Below, piece after piece: positions 20,066-29,641 of a stretch of 64,000 nucleotides of DNA. The stretch spans positions 1 to 64,000 of the IMG/VR virus record IMGVR_UViG_3300023179_008905; one strand, 5' to 3'. The notes below the pieces were generated by a model. That model was not told where the DNA came from. It saw nothing but the letters and a program-made list of their open reading frames with translations, and searched no databases. Positions within the stretch are counted from its first letter, which is position 1, and each line of letters begins with the position of its first letter. Both the position numbers and the translations under genes were made by a program. The stretch is from a virus.

Positions 20066-20719
20066 TTAGATCAATTTTCTATTTTGTGCAAATTCAATAA
20101 ACTTATAAAACTCGTTTCTTGAGTTATCCTTATCATCTAAGAAAGCACCAGACATTCTAGCTGTACGCATGGTAGAATCATGTCTAATACCACGATTCGA
20201 ACAACAGGTATGAGCTGCTTCAATCATTACAGCTACACCCTTATTCTTTAAGCATACCTCATCAATATATTTGTGAATTTGCATTGTTAGGTTTTCTTGA
20301 ACTTGAGGGCGACGGGCAAACCAATCAACAATACGATTTAGCTTACTTAAACCAATAACCTTACCGTCTTTAGCAGGAATATAAGCAACATGCGCAAACC
20401 CCATAAAGGGCGCATGATGATGAGAGCAAAGAGATGTTAATTTAATATTTGTTTGTGCGACTATACCGTCATACTTATCTACATTATCGAATGCAGTAAC
20501 TTTAGGAGGAGTGCTATAACAGCCCCATGCAAAATCTTCAACAAAAGCCTTTGCTACCCGGTGTGGTGTATTATCACTATTTGGATCGTTTCTCCAATCA
20601 TAACCTAAAGCATCCATGTACGCTTCGTACGCTTTAGCTGCTCGTTCTATAATTTGTTCTCTTTCTTCTTGAGTATGAGGGTGATTGTGATTTGCAAAAG
20701 CTAATTTCTTTTTAAACAT
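20066..20719 (-). CDS. folE: GTP cyclohydrolase I
   Basis: TPHRVAK, CSHHHAPF, GLSKLNR, RPQVQE, HTCCSNRG. Confidence 0.96.
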   Translation of the reverse strand: MFKKKLAFANHNHPHTQEEREQIIERAAKAYEAYMDALGYDWRNDPNSDNTPHRVAKAFVEDFAWGCYSTPPKVTAFDNVDKYDGIVAQTNIKLTSLCSHHHAPFMGFAHVAYIPAKDGKVIGLSKLNRIVDWFARRPQVQENLTMQIHKYIDEVCLKNKGVAVMIEAAHTCCSNRGIRHDSTMRTARMSGAFLDDKDNSRNEFYKFIEFAQNRKLI

Positions 20720-20775
20720 ATTGAGTATTATATGATAAGATGTGCCTAGTTCAACATAAATATTATTGTATATCT

Positions 20776-21654
20776 ATGGCTGATACAACCATTAAACAAT
20801 TGACAACAGTAATACCTAAAGGTGTAGGGCTAATACCATTATCACAAGATAATGTTACAGTTAATACTCTTGCTTCTAGTATTACTGCAAGTGCTATGCC
20901 TTCTAGTGTAAGATATAGTGTTGAATATTTAGTGGTGGGAGGAGGCGGTGGAGGGGGGCAAGATTATGCCGGTGGTGGGGGTGCAGGTGGCTATGTTGAA
21001 GGAAATATGTTTTTAAATGTTGGTGAAAGATATCAAGTTATAGTGGGCTTAGGGGGGAGAAAAGATTTACAACATTATTATAATGAAGATGGTACTGATT
21101 CTGTTTTTGGCCCTGTAGTAGCTTTTGGTGGTGGTGCAGGTATGTCATATCAAAACAGACGACAAGCTAATAATGGTGGTTCAGGCGGTGGGTGTGGCTA
21201 TCAGTATGCTTATATCGGTAGAGGCTTTCCGGGTCAAGGTAATAATGGTATAATAGGAGGTAATATAGGTTCAACAGCAGGTGGTGGTGGTGGTGGAGCT
21301 GGTGGAGTTCCTCTAACAATAACACCCTATATTGGCGGGGTAGGTAAGTCTTCATCAATTACGGGAACAAGTACTTTGTATGCAAGTGGTGGTTCACATA
21401 TAGGTGATTTAGGTACTGTTAAAGCGTCTGACCCTACACCAAACACTGGTCACGGGGGTAATAGTGCTTATGGATCGTGGACAGGCGATGGAACAGCGGC
21501 TAACGGAGCAACTGGTATTGTTGTTATAGCTTATGCTGGCGCACAGCGCGGTACTGCTTACAATTATAATAATGTTATAATACCAGCTGATACCTCTTCT
21601 AGAGCAGGCTATACTGTGCATAAATTTACTCAAGGAGGCTATTACATAGCTTAG
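20776..21654 (+). CDS. Gly-rich putative fibre/decoration protein (MAD-anchor family)
   Basis: VEYLVVGGGGGGG...GGGGAGG, GIVVIAY, VHKFT; true start probably MADTT at 20776. Confidence 0.7.
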   Translation: MADTTIKQLTTVIPKGVGLIPLSQDNVTVNTLASSITASAMPSSVRYSVEYLVVGGGGGGGQDYAGGGGAGGYVEGNMFLNVGERYQVIVGLGGRKDLQHYYNEDGTDSVFGPVVAFGGGAGMSYQNRRQANNGGSGGGCGYQYAYIGRGFPGQGNNGIIGGNIGSTAGGGGGGAGGVPLTITPYIGGVGKSSSITGTSTLYASGGSHIGDLGTVKASDPTPNTGHGGNSAYGSWTGDGTAANGATGIVVIAYAGAQRGTAYNYNNVIIPADTSSRAGYTVHKFTQGGYYIA

Positions 21655-21658
21655 TTTT

Positions 21659-22498
21659 ATGGCAGACGTAACAATATCTAATTTAACTTATGGGATTCCT
21701 TCTACAGGGTCCTTTATACCTTATACTGATAATGGTGTTACGCTTAAAGTTTCACCCTCTGGTATATATGCTCAAAAAAATAGTTTATTAATGGTAGGTG
21801 CATCGGGGATTGCACCTGATGTATTTCCTGAAAATCAGACTGCTGCAATTGCACCGCTGACAAACTATAATGCAATTTTTCGAGGAGGGTGGTTAGTAAA
21901 CATTACAGATAAAAATACAACTTGGGGTGATTCTGCAGCAAGAATAGGTGTTTTAAAAGTTGGAGCGGGTGATAGCTGGTGGTTTTCACATAATGCAGAC
22001 GGTTCTTGTGGAATACATCAAAGTAGACAAGGTGATAGAATACATATACTTTCTGGTGGTGAAGTGACTAAACCCTACCAGCCATTTTTATATGCAAGTA
22101 GAGCAGGTAAAGGTGATTATACATACTCAAATGCTACTGTTGTAGCAAATACAGCTACAATACCTTTTAATACTATCATAAAGCAAGTTGGAGACAATTA
22201 CAATACGTCAACTGGATTATACACTGCACCTGTGAATGGTGTTTATTTAATAGAAGCGGGTATAAATTTTGGCGGTGGGAAAGTAAATCAAATGTGGCCT
22301 TTAATAGATGGGGTAAGGCAACCTACATTCGGGGGAGGACAGGACTATTCTAGTTTTAATATTTTATTCGGTACAACAATTTTATATTTAAATAAAAATC
22401 AAACTGTGGGTATAAGAGTTTACAGTGGTCAAACAAGTAATATTACTATTTATGAAAATGAATCACATACATTTTTAAAGATAGCTTTATTAGGATAA
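21659..22498 (+). CDS. C1q-like-domain putative fibre protein (MAD-anchor family)
   Basis: PYQPF, FN.....G..YNTSTGLYTAPVNGVY C1q-like signature. Confidence 0.7.
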   Translation: MADVTISNLTYGIPSTGSFIPYTDNGVTLKVSPSGIYAQKNSLLMVGASGIAPDVFPENQTAAIAPLTNYNAIFRGGWLVNITDKNTTWGDSAARIGVLKVGAGDSWWFSHNADGSCGIHQSRQGDRIHILSGGEVTKPYQPFLYASRAGKGDYTYSNATVVANTATIPFNTIIKQVGDNYNTSTGLYTAPVNGVYLIEAGINFGGGKVNQMWPLIDGVRQPTFGGGQDYSSFNILFGTTILYLNKNQTVGIRVYSGQTSNITIYENESHTFLKIALLG

Positions 22499-22508
22499 AT
22501 AATATTGT

Positions 22509-22943
22509 ATGGAATATACCAACGTAATAAAAGAGAGTCTAAAGAAAACAGCTCTTAAGAGAATAAGAGTAAAAGTGGATCCTGCTTTGGTTACTGCTGG
22601 GGTTGATTTTTCTAAAGTAGACGGTTATGAAGGTTATGTATTAGAAGAATGTATGGGTAGGTTAAGAGTATTAGTTCTTTCTCCAGATATGCCTATTTGT
22701 GATTTACCAGAAGAAATGTTAGAAATAGTTGCAGATAGTATCGATAGCGATGTATTTGAAGAATATAAAGCTTTTGTAATGCACAGGCTTATTAAAGATG
22801 GTAAAACTATTAATGACCCTTTATTAGAGCAGATAAGATGTAGTGCTGATATAAATAGTATAGAAGTTTTAATCAATCAGGCCGGTTATACCGGGGATAG
22901 GTTGGCAGAACTTTATAGAGATTTTATAACTAATGAAAACTAA
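22509..22943 (+). CDS. Hypothetical late protein
   Basis: TAAATA 22496-22501. Confidence 0.6.
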   Translation: MEYTNVIKESLKKTALKRIRVKVDPALVTAGVDFSKVDGYEGYVLEECMGRLRVLVLSPDMPICDLPEEMLEIVADSIDSDVFEEYKAFVMHRLIKDGKTINDPLLEQIRCSADINSIEVLINQAGYTGDRLAELYRDFITNEN

Positions 22944-23598
22944 ACAATTTGATGCTTTAGTAGAACAGCTTTTAAAAGAAGCCGATGGTGATGGTGGAGG
23001 CAGTTTTCTCTCCAAGATTGGAAGCGCAGCAAAAACGGTAGGTAGAGGTTTAGCCCAAGCTTATAATGCCCCTGCTACTTTCGCAAGAGGTGCTGCTAAA
23101 TTACGTAGTGCAGTACAAACCGGTGAAATACCTTTAGATGATAAAGAAAAAAAAGCAGGAAAAGGTACAATGGCAGCTTCCGGAGAAATACCAAAACAAG
23201 GTGATTCCGTAAATATACGTTTAAAAGGGTTAGGTACCTCACCTACCGGTATAACTGGAAAATTAGAAAACCCTAAACCCTATCAGGGGGGTCAATTATT
23301 TGATGTAAGAGTTACCGGTAATCCGCAAGTAGATAAACTTAGAATTTTAGACAAACCCAACGAAAAAGGTACTATGGAGAGGCAGATCTATTATTTTAAT
23401 AAAGACAATATGCCTGTAGATCCTGGGTTTCTTAAACAAAAGAAATTAAACTCTATGGGCTTTTTTGGTATGAATCCAAATATAGATAAATCTAAAAACC
23501 CCACCGGTAGAGAATGGATAGTTTCAGATAATGAATATCCTTTTCTTCCTCAAGATCAACAAGAACCAGGAACTCCTGGTAAAATACCTACTAAATAA
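22933..23598 (+). CDS. Hypothetical protein with capsid-targeting-like leader
   Basis: MKTKQFDALVEQLLKE leader. Confidence 0.6.
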   Translation: MKTKQFDALVEQLLKEADGDGGGSFLSKIGSAAKTVGRGLAQAYNAPATFARGAAKLRSAVQTGEIPLDDKEKKAGKGTMAASGEIPKQGDSVNIRLKGLGTSPTGITGKLENPKPYQGGQLFDVRVTGNPQVDKLRILDKPNEKGTMERQIYYFNKDNMPVDPGFLKQKKLNSMGFFGMNPNIDKSKNPTGREWIVSDNEYPFLPQDQQEPGTPGKIPTK

Positions 23599-23609
23599 TA
23601 AATATTAAT

Positions 23610-23813
23610 ATGCCCGCAAAAACAGAGAAACAAAGAAAATTTTTTGGTGCCGTAATGGGTGCAAAGAAACATCAAAAAGGTGTTAAAGGAGCTGCAAAAA
23701 AAGTAGCAAAAGAAATGCCTAAAAAGGAAATTAAAAAGTTTTTAAAGAAAGAAAGTTTCTCTTCTTTAGTAGAGGATATTCTTACCGAGCTATACAAGCC
23801 TAATGCCTCCTAA
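23610..23813 (+). CDS. Small basic protein (DUF3008-like MPAKxxxQ N-terminus)
   Basis: MPAKTEKQRKFFGAV; TAAATA 5 nt upstream. Confidence 0.65.
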   Translation: MPAKTEKQRKFFGAVMGAKKHQKGVKGAAKKVAKEMPKKEIKKFLKKESFSSLVEDILTELYKPNAS

Positions 23814-23976
23814 GCTAATTAACGGTAAGCTTTTTATTACTAAGTGCGGTTATTTCTTAGTTGACGAACACGGTAAAGAAATTACTAATTCTACCGGCGA
23901 TTTAATTACCTTTACAAGCGCTTTAGACGCAGAAAAATATTTAAAAGAAAATAATATTAAAGGTTCATACAAATAA
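23803..23976 (+). CDS. 57-aa hypothetical protein (not in ORF track)
   Basis: MPPKLINGKLFITKCGYFLVDEHG...GSYK*; fills the gap before the queD promoter. Confidence 0.5.
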   Translation: MPPKLINGKLFITKCGYFLVDEHGKEITNSTGDLITFTSALDAEKYLKENNIKGSYK

Positions 23977-24036
23977 ACAGTTGATTTTTTAAAAAATTCG
24001 CTTATAATATTAAGGATATAGAAAAGTAGAGTTCTG

Positions 24037-24750
24037 ATGAGATATAAAAGTACTAAGATCTTAGAATTAGGTAGTTGTGCATTTAGACAATGGAGAGCTG
24101 TACATAGTCATTGTAAGTTTATTCATGGCTATAGATTAGTTGCTAAGTTTTGGTTTAGTTGTGATTCTTTAGATGATAAGAATTGGGTAGTAGATTTTGG
24201 AGGGTTAGATGAACTTAAGAAAATTTTACAAAAACAATTTGATCATACATTATGTGTTTCAGAAGATGATCCTTTGTTAGAAGGATTTAAATCATTACAT
24301 ACTGCTGGTGGTTGTGATTTAAGAATTATGCCTAAGGGAGTAGGTATTGAAAGGACAGCTGAATGGTGTTTAAATGTTTCTGATGCGCATGTAAGACAGT
24401 TAACAAATAATCGTTGTTGGGTTGAAAAAGTTGAAGTATGGGAACATGAAAAAAATTCAGCTATAGCAATTGCAGAAAATATTAATCATAATCATGTTAA
24501 TTTGAGCAATGCATTTAATGTTACAAATAATGTTACAACTGGTAATTCTGAAACTGTTGCAACAACATTGCAACCACCTATTAATCAGGTAAGAACGTTT
24601 TTAGACGACGTACAGCAAGAAACCGGTGTTAATGTTGCTAATGTTTTAAAACAAGTTCCTCAGCAGCAAGTACCGAGACCAGCTAATGTAGGTAATAAGA
24701 CGTCTTCAGGTTTTTCGAATTTATTTGGCGGTACAAGCTGGGGAATGTAA
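24037..24750 (+). CDS. queD: 6-carboxy-5,6,7,8-tetrahydropterin synthase with C-terminal extension
   Basis: HCKFIHGY, VVDFG, FDH, VEVWE; promoter TTGATT-16-TATAAT at 23981-24008. Confidence 0.9.
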   Translation: MRYKSTKILELGSCAFRQWRAVHSHCKFIHGYRLVAKFWFSCDSLDDKNWVVDFGGLDELKKILQKQFDHTLCVSEDDPLLEGFKSLHTAGGCDLRIMPKGVGIERTAEWCLNVSDAHVRQLTNNRCWVEKVEVWEHEKNSAIAIAENINHNHVNLSNAFNVTNNVTTGNSETVATTLQPPINQVRTFLDDVQQETGVNVANVLKQVPQQQVPRPANVGNKTSSGFSNLFGGTSWGM

Positions 24751-25488
24751 TTAGATTTTTGGCTTAATTGTTGCTATTACTTTTACTATAAATTTAAGTA
24801 ATTTACTTCTAGTAATATCATCTTCTGTAAAATGAAAAACATGTATTCCGTGATCCTTACTATCTTGTGAATCGAAACCACCCATAATATTTTTAAATCC
24901 GGATTTTTGAATATCTGATTGCAAAGAATCTCCTATAACAAACAATTTACAATTTTTTCCAAACCTAGTTAAAATCGTAACTAATTCACTATGCTCTAAG
25001 TTTTGTGCTTCATCAACTATTACAACACTGTTTGCAAAAGTTGCACCTCTCAAGAAATTAACAGGCGTACATTTTAAGTATTCATTTTCAAATAACATAT
25101 TTGTTATTTGTTTACCTACTAATTCATCACATTTTTCTATTAATGGAATACTCCATGGCTTAAACTTATCGTCTACCTCACCAGGTAAGCTTCCTAGTTT
25201 ACGTGTAGCAGATTCTACTATACTCCTTATATAGATTATCTCATCTATCTTTTTTTCCTTTAACATAGACAAAGCAACATATGTTGCACAGTATGTTTTC
25301 GAAGAACCAGCAGGCCCGTCACAGAATATAATATGGGTATCGTCTTGAAAAGCCTTGTCTACAAAAGCTTTATGATGTTCATTAAAATGAAATTTCTGCT
25401 CTACTTTAAAATTCAGAAAAATATCTGATTTTATAAGCTTATTATCTTCGCGAGCAGCTTTTTTTAGCTGTCTGTCCTTCTTAGACAT
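24751..25488 (-). CDS. phoH: PhoH-like ATPase
   Basis: GPAGSSKT, FLRGATF, DEAQN, LTR.G, GD..QSD. Confidence 0.92.
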   Translation of the reverse strand: MSKKDRQLKKAAREDNKLIKSDIFLNFKVEQKFHFNEHHKAFVDKAFQDDTHIIFCDGPAGSSKTYCATYVALSMLKEKKIDEIIYIRSIVESATRKLGSLPGEVDDKFKPWSIPLIEKCDELVGKQITNMLFENEYLKCTPVNFLRGATFANSVVIVDEAQNLEHSELVTILTRFGKNCKLFVIGDSLQSDIQKSGFKNIMGGFDSQDSKDHGIHVFHFTEDDITRSKLLKFIVKVIATIKPKI

Positions 25489-25542
25489 CTGTAATTATTT
25501 ATTCTTGAATAGTAGCAGATATGTAATATAATATAAAAATTA

Positions 25543-26286
25543 ATGAGTGATTCGTATATTTTTTTAAGTGACGATAAGTTATTTTATACTCTAGAAGGTG
25601 AAGGTGAGTATGTAGGATATCCTTCTGTTTTTATGCGTTTATCAATGTGTAATTTAACGTGTAAAGGATTTGCTTCATCTGATTCACCTCACGGTTGCGA
25701 TAGTTTTGTCAGCTGGTCAGTAAAAAACAGAATGACGTTTGATGAGGTGTTTGAATATATGGCACAAAATAGTTATAACTGCCATTTAAAAGATGGTGCT
25801 ATATGGAAAATTACTGGTGGCGAACCACTTATTCAACAAAAAACATTATTAGAGCTTGTTGATCAATTTATTTTCCGCTTTGGGTTTGTACCGAGAATAG
25901 ACTTTGAAACAAATGCTACAATTATACCTGACCATCAGTGGGTAGATTGGAAAGCAACATTTACAACTTCACCTAAGCTTTCAAACAACGGAGATCCGAT
26001 TGAAAAGAGATATAAGCCTGAAGTATTAAAATGGCATGTAAAACATAATTCGGGCTTTAAATTTGTTATTAATAATGAAAACGATTTTAATGAAGTTTTA
26101 GAAAAATATATACTTGAGCCGAATATTAAAGTTCCCCGGGAAAGAGTATGGTTAATGCCTTGTTGTGGTAGTAGAGAAGAGCATATTGAAAAGGCGTCTG
26201 TTATTGCCGAGTTATGTAAAAAACATAAGCTTAAATTTAGTCCAAGATTACAACTTGTTATTTGGAATAAAGCTCTTAAAGTATAA
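25543..26286 (+). CDS. queE: 7-carboxy-7-deazaguanine synthase (radical SAM)
   Basis: FYTLEGEG, FMRL..CNLTC, ITGGEP, ETN, SPK, SPRLQ. Confidence 0.92.
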   Translation: MSDSYIFLSDDKLFYTLEGEGEYVGYPSVFMRLSMCNLTCKGFASSDSPHGCDSFVSWSVKNRMTFDEVFEYMAQNSYNCHLKDGAIWKITGGEPLIQQKTLLELVDQFIFRFGFVPRIDFETNATIIPDHQWVDWKATFTTSPKLSNNGDPIEKRYKPEVLKWHVKHNSGFKFVINNENDFNEVLEKYILEPNIKVPRERVWLMPCCGSREEHIEKASVIAELCKKHKLKFSPRLQLVIWNKALKV

Positions 26287-26287
26287 T

Positions 26288-27025
26288 ATGAGAATAGCTA
26301 TTTCCGGTAGCGCATGTCAGGGTAAATCTACATTAGTTAAAGATTTTTTAAAAAATTGGCCCCAGTATAAAAGATCTGAAGAATCATATAGAAAGCTAAT
26401 AAAGAAAGAAAAAATTAATATTAATAAAAAAGTTGATCAAGATGGCCAATGGAAAATTTTAAATTGTCTTATAGATGATATACAAAAAACGGAAAAGGGT
26501 GACAAGGTAATTTTTGATAGATGTCCGCTAGATAATATTATCTATTCTTTATGGGCAGAAGAAAAAGGTACTTCTGATATTGATAGAGATTTTATTAAAA
26601 AATGTATACCTTTAGTACAGGAGAGTATGAAATCTATTGATATTATTTTCTTTTTACCTATTACAAAAGTTGCACCGGTACCTATAGAAGATAGACCTGA
26701 TCGCGAAATTGATAAAGTTTTTATTGAAGAAGTAGATCATATCTTTAAAGCTGTTTCTCATGCTTTGGCACAAAAAGGCATATGCCCTTTTATGGCTTCA
26801 GATGACAGGCCTCCAATTATTGAAGTATTTGGAACACCAGAGGAGCGTATTGAGATTATAAAACTTTATTTGGATGAAAAAGGTGATGTAATAACTGATT
26901 CTACTAGTGTATTAGATCCTGAAAATATTAATAATATGGAAACCATACTAAGAGCACAAGAGAAAGCACTTAGTGATGAAAAATACGAGCAAAAAATAAA
27001 AAAGAATATAATACTCGGACAATAA
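26288..27025 (+). CDS. P-loop nucleotide kinase (AAA_28/NadR-like)
   Basis: ISGSACQGKST, DRCPLD; start MRIAIS immediately after queE. Confidence 0.75.
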   Translation: MRIAISGSACQGKSTLVKDFLKNWPQYKRSEESYRKLIKKEKININKKVDQDGQWKILNCLIDDIQKTEKGDKVIFDRCPLDNIIYSLWAEEKGTSDIDRDFIKKCIPLVQESMKSIDIIFFLPITKVAPVPIEDRPDREIDKVFIEEVDHIFKAVSHALAQKGICPFMASDDRPPIIEVFGTPEERIEIIKLYLDEKGDVITDSTSVLDPENINNMETILRAQEKALSDEKYEQKIKKNIILGQ

Positions 27026-27033
27026 ATAATTAC

Positions 27034-27246
27034 ATGTCCAAGTTTAATGATAAGTTTGAAGAATTACTAGAAAGTTTTAATTTTATTAAAACAGTTAAAA
27101 GAGAGTTTTATCCAAAAAACTTTAAGCTATCAGAAGATTTTATTAAATCATTTAAAAATGAATATGTAAGGTTAGTAAAAGAAGGAAATCACCCACGGAA
27201 GGTTTTAGCGCGTATTAATAAAGCGCTTTTATTCCATACAAAATAA
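27034..27246 (+). CDS. Small late protein
   Basis: TAAATA 5 nt upstream; leader MSKFNDKFEELLE. Confidence 0.6.
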   Translation: MSKFNDKFEELLESFNFIKTVKREFYPKNFKLSEDFIKSFKNEYVRLVKEGNHPRKVLARINKALLFHTK

Positions 27247-28005
27247 TTAACTATTACCGCCAGTTAGAGCAGTTACATTTACCCATAGAGTAGAATTATA
27301 CAAGTACAGGAATCTCCAATAAGCCCTTACTGGGGCACCGCCAATCGGTATTACATATCCAAGATCTACATTAAAGTTTAAATTGTTACCGCTTTTTATA
27401 ATACTATCGTAAGGAATATAAGGTACGTAAAGAGATGATGTACCGAGCGTTATAGTAAATAAATCTGGTCTCTTAACAGCATTAATTGTAATATCAGAAA
27501 AATTATAAAAAAAGTTTGCAATAGTTATGAGACTACTCTTGTTAGTCGGTTGAATGTCTGTATAACCCCAAAATTCTACTACACGCTTGTAGAGCTGATT
27601 TTGATAAGCAGTTAAATTAGGAATTAAAGTTTGTGAAATATAAACGTAATCAGGAGATGCATTTTCTACATAATTAGCACTTGTAATTAAACCGCCGCTA
27701 AAGGTGAATCTATTATAATAATCATCTTGACCGGTAAATCCTAGCTCACTTTCTGTAACGTAAAGAGGTGAAGAAATGACCGAACTTGCAGAAACGGTAT
27801 CAAACCTTACATATTCACCTGTAAGGCTTCCGGGTAAAACTGTTTCACCATTAGGATTAGTTTTAACGACATTTAAATTTTCAAACGTTATAGTCTGGGT
27901 ACCATTTTCTGTTTGAAGAATAAAAAGATCGCTACCTAAAACTTCTTGAGATTTAGGTAAACTATTAATATTAACAAAATTACTATTGGATGTATTAATT
28001 GCCAT
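27247..28005 (-). CDS. Putative virion structural/fibre-associated protein
   Basis: TATAAATA upstream; INSLP...DLFILQT..GT..ITF anchor-like N-terminus; T/S/N-rich. Confidence 0.55.
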   Translation of the reverse strand: MAINTSNSNFVNINSLPKSQEVLGSDLFILQTENGTQTITFENLNVVKTNPNGETVLPGSLTGEYVRFDTVSASSVISSPLYVTESELGFTGQDDYYNRFTFSGGLITSANYVENASPDYVYISQTLIPNLTAYQNQLYKRVVEFWGYTDIQPTNKSSLITIANFFYNFSDITINAVKRPDLFTITLGTSSLYVPYIPYDSIIKSGNNLNFNVDLGYVIPIGGAPVRAYWRFLYLYNSTLWVNVTALTGGNS

Positions 28006-28037
28006 CGTTATTATTTATATTAAAATACAATTAATAT

Positions 28038-28853
28038 ATGGAGAAAATAGGTGTTGGTATTATAACATGTAATCGACCACGGTTTTTTGTAAAATGCTTT
28101 AGATCTATACCTCTAGTAGATAATATTATCGTTGTTAATGATGGTGCGGATTTTGAGGATGTAAGTAAGCTGCAACAGGAAAAGTCTTTTTATTATGTTC
28201 ATAATAAAACAAATATTGGTGTTGGTAGATCAAAAAATATTGCTTTAAAATATTTATTAGAACAAGGCTGCACACATTTATTTCTTATAGAAGATGATAT
28301 AGTAGTAAAAAATAAAGACGTATTTAATGTTTATATTAATGCTAGAAAAATAACCGGTTTACAGCATTTTAATTTTGGTTATCATGGTCCAGCTAATAGA
28401 AACAATATTTCTAAAGGTCAGCCGGTTCCCAGATTTATTATTGATTACGGTGATACAAAAATTGCTATAAATGCAAATAGCGTTGGCGCATTTTGTTATT
28501 ACACCAAAGAGGCTCTCGAAGAAACGGGGTTATTAGATGAAAGTTATTTAAATGCTTTTGAACATGTAGATCATGACTACAGGCTTTTTAAAGCAGGATA
28601 TTATACGCCATATTGGAATTTTGCTGACATAGCTAATAGTTTAGAATATTTAGATGAATTAGAATGCTCTGAAAATAGTAGCTCTATTAGACCGAGATCA
28701 GATTGGCGTCAGAATATTGAGCGCGGATTACAAATTTTTAAAAATAAGCATGGTTATACACCAGCATGGGAAAATAGAGTACCCGATTCTACAGAAGAAG
28801 AGGTAAAAAAAGTTTTAAAGACGATTTATAAAAAATATTCATTGAAAAAATAA
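28038..28853 (+). CDS. GT2 glycosyltransferase
   Basis: IITCNRP, VVNDG, LIEDD, GLLDE, EHVD. Confidence 0.85.
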   Translation: MEKIGVGIITCNRPRFFVKCFRSIPLVDNIIVVNDGADFEDVSKLQQEKSFYYVHNKTNIGVGRSKNIALKYLLEQGCTHLFLIEDDIVVKNKDVFNVYINARKITGLQHFNFGYHGPANRNNISKGQPVPRFIIDYGDTKIAINANSVGAFCYYTKEALEETGLLDESYLNAFEHVDHDYRLFKAGYYTPYWNFADIANSLEYLDELECSENSSSIRPRSDWRQNIERGLQIFKNKHGYTPAWENRVPDSTEEEVKKVLKTIYKKYSLKK

Positions 28854-28875
28854 TGATGTAATATAAAATAATCTT

Positions 28876-29313
28876 GTGCAAAGAAAGTACTTACCTACCT
28901 TTTCAGAATTAGTTGATAGACTTACAATAGTTTTACTTAAAAGTATTTTTATCCCTCAAAACAAATCTCAGTATAATCAGGAAATAAAAGATATTAAGCA
29001 CGATATAGATCAAATAATTAATGATAAAAATATTAAGCTAAATTCTGATATTATTAAATCAATTTGTATTATTATGCTTGCAAACCGATATATTTGGGAG
29101 AATGAAAGTAAATGTCGGTCTGGTGAATCACAGGACTTATCTCTTCTTAAACTTACCCATTCAATTAACGGGGTAAGAAATACTGCAAAAAACATTTTAG
29201 CAAAAGAATTTAATGAAAGACAAGATCTTAAAATTGATTGCCTTGCTGCTGAACTTTTATCAGATTTTCAAAATTGGGATATTTTTAAAGATTATGAAGA
29301 AAAAACAAAATAA
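28876..29313 (+). CDS. Hypothetical helical protein (DUF6165-like)
   Basis: ELVDRLTI..LK, IWE.E, N.VR; promoter TTGAAA-16-TAAAAT-6 nt-GTG. Confidence 0.55.
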   Translation: MQRKYLPTFSELVDRLTIVLLKSIFIPQNKSQYNQEIKDIKHDIDQIINDKNIKLNSDIIKSICIIMLANRYIWENESKCRSGESQDLSLLKLTHSINGVRNTAKNILAKEFNERQDLKIDCLAAELLSDFQNWDIFKDYEEKTK

Positions 29314-29641
29314 ACAAACACCTCCAAACATTCCTTTTAATGAATATTATAAAGGATATCTAAAGAAACATACAAACCTAATTAATCGTAGATTACATGT
29401 ATTAGGTCAATTAACAACAATTGCTTATTTCCTTACTGTAACTTATTTGACAGTGAAAGTAAGCCTGGCGTTTGCTTTGTTATACCCTTTTACTTTATTT
29501 GTTGTTTACCCGTTTGCATGGTCGGGGCATTTTTTCTTTGAAAAAAATAAACCCGCTGCTTTTAAAAATCCTTGGAAAGCTAAAGCAGCAGACTGGGTAA
29601 TGTTAAAAGATATTCTTCTTGGAAGAATTAAATTATGGTGA
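29294..29641 (+). CDS. DUF962/Mpo1-like membrane protein
   Basis: YLKKH...NRRLHVLG, YPFAWSGHFFFEKNKPAAFK.P. Confidence 0.8.
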   Translation: MKKKQNKQTPPNIPFNEYYKGYLKKHTNLINRRLHVLGQLTTIAYFLTVTYLTVKVSLAFALLYPFTLFVVYPFAWSGHFFFEKNKPAAFKNPWKAKAADWVMLKDILLGRIKLW

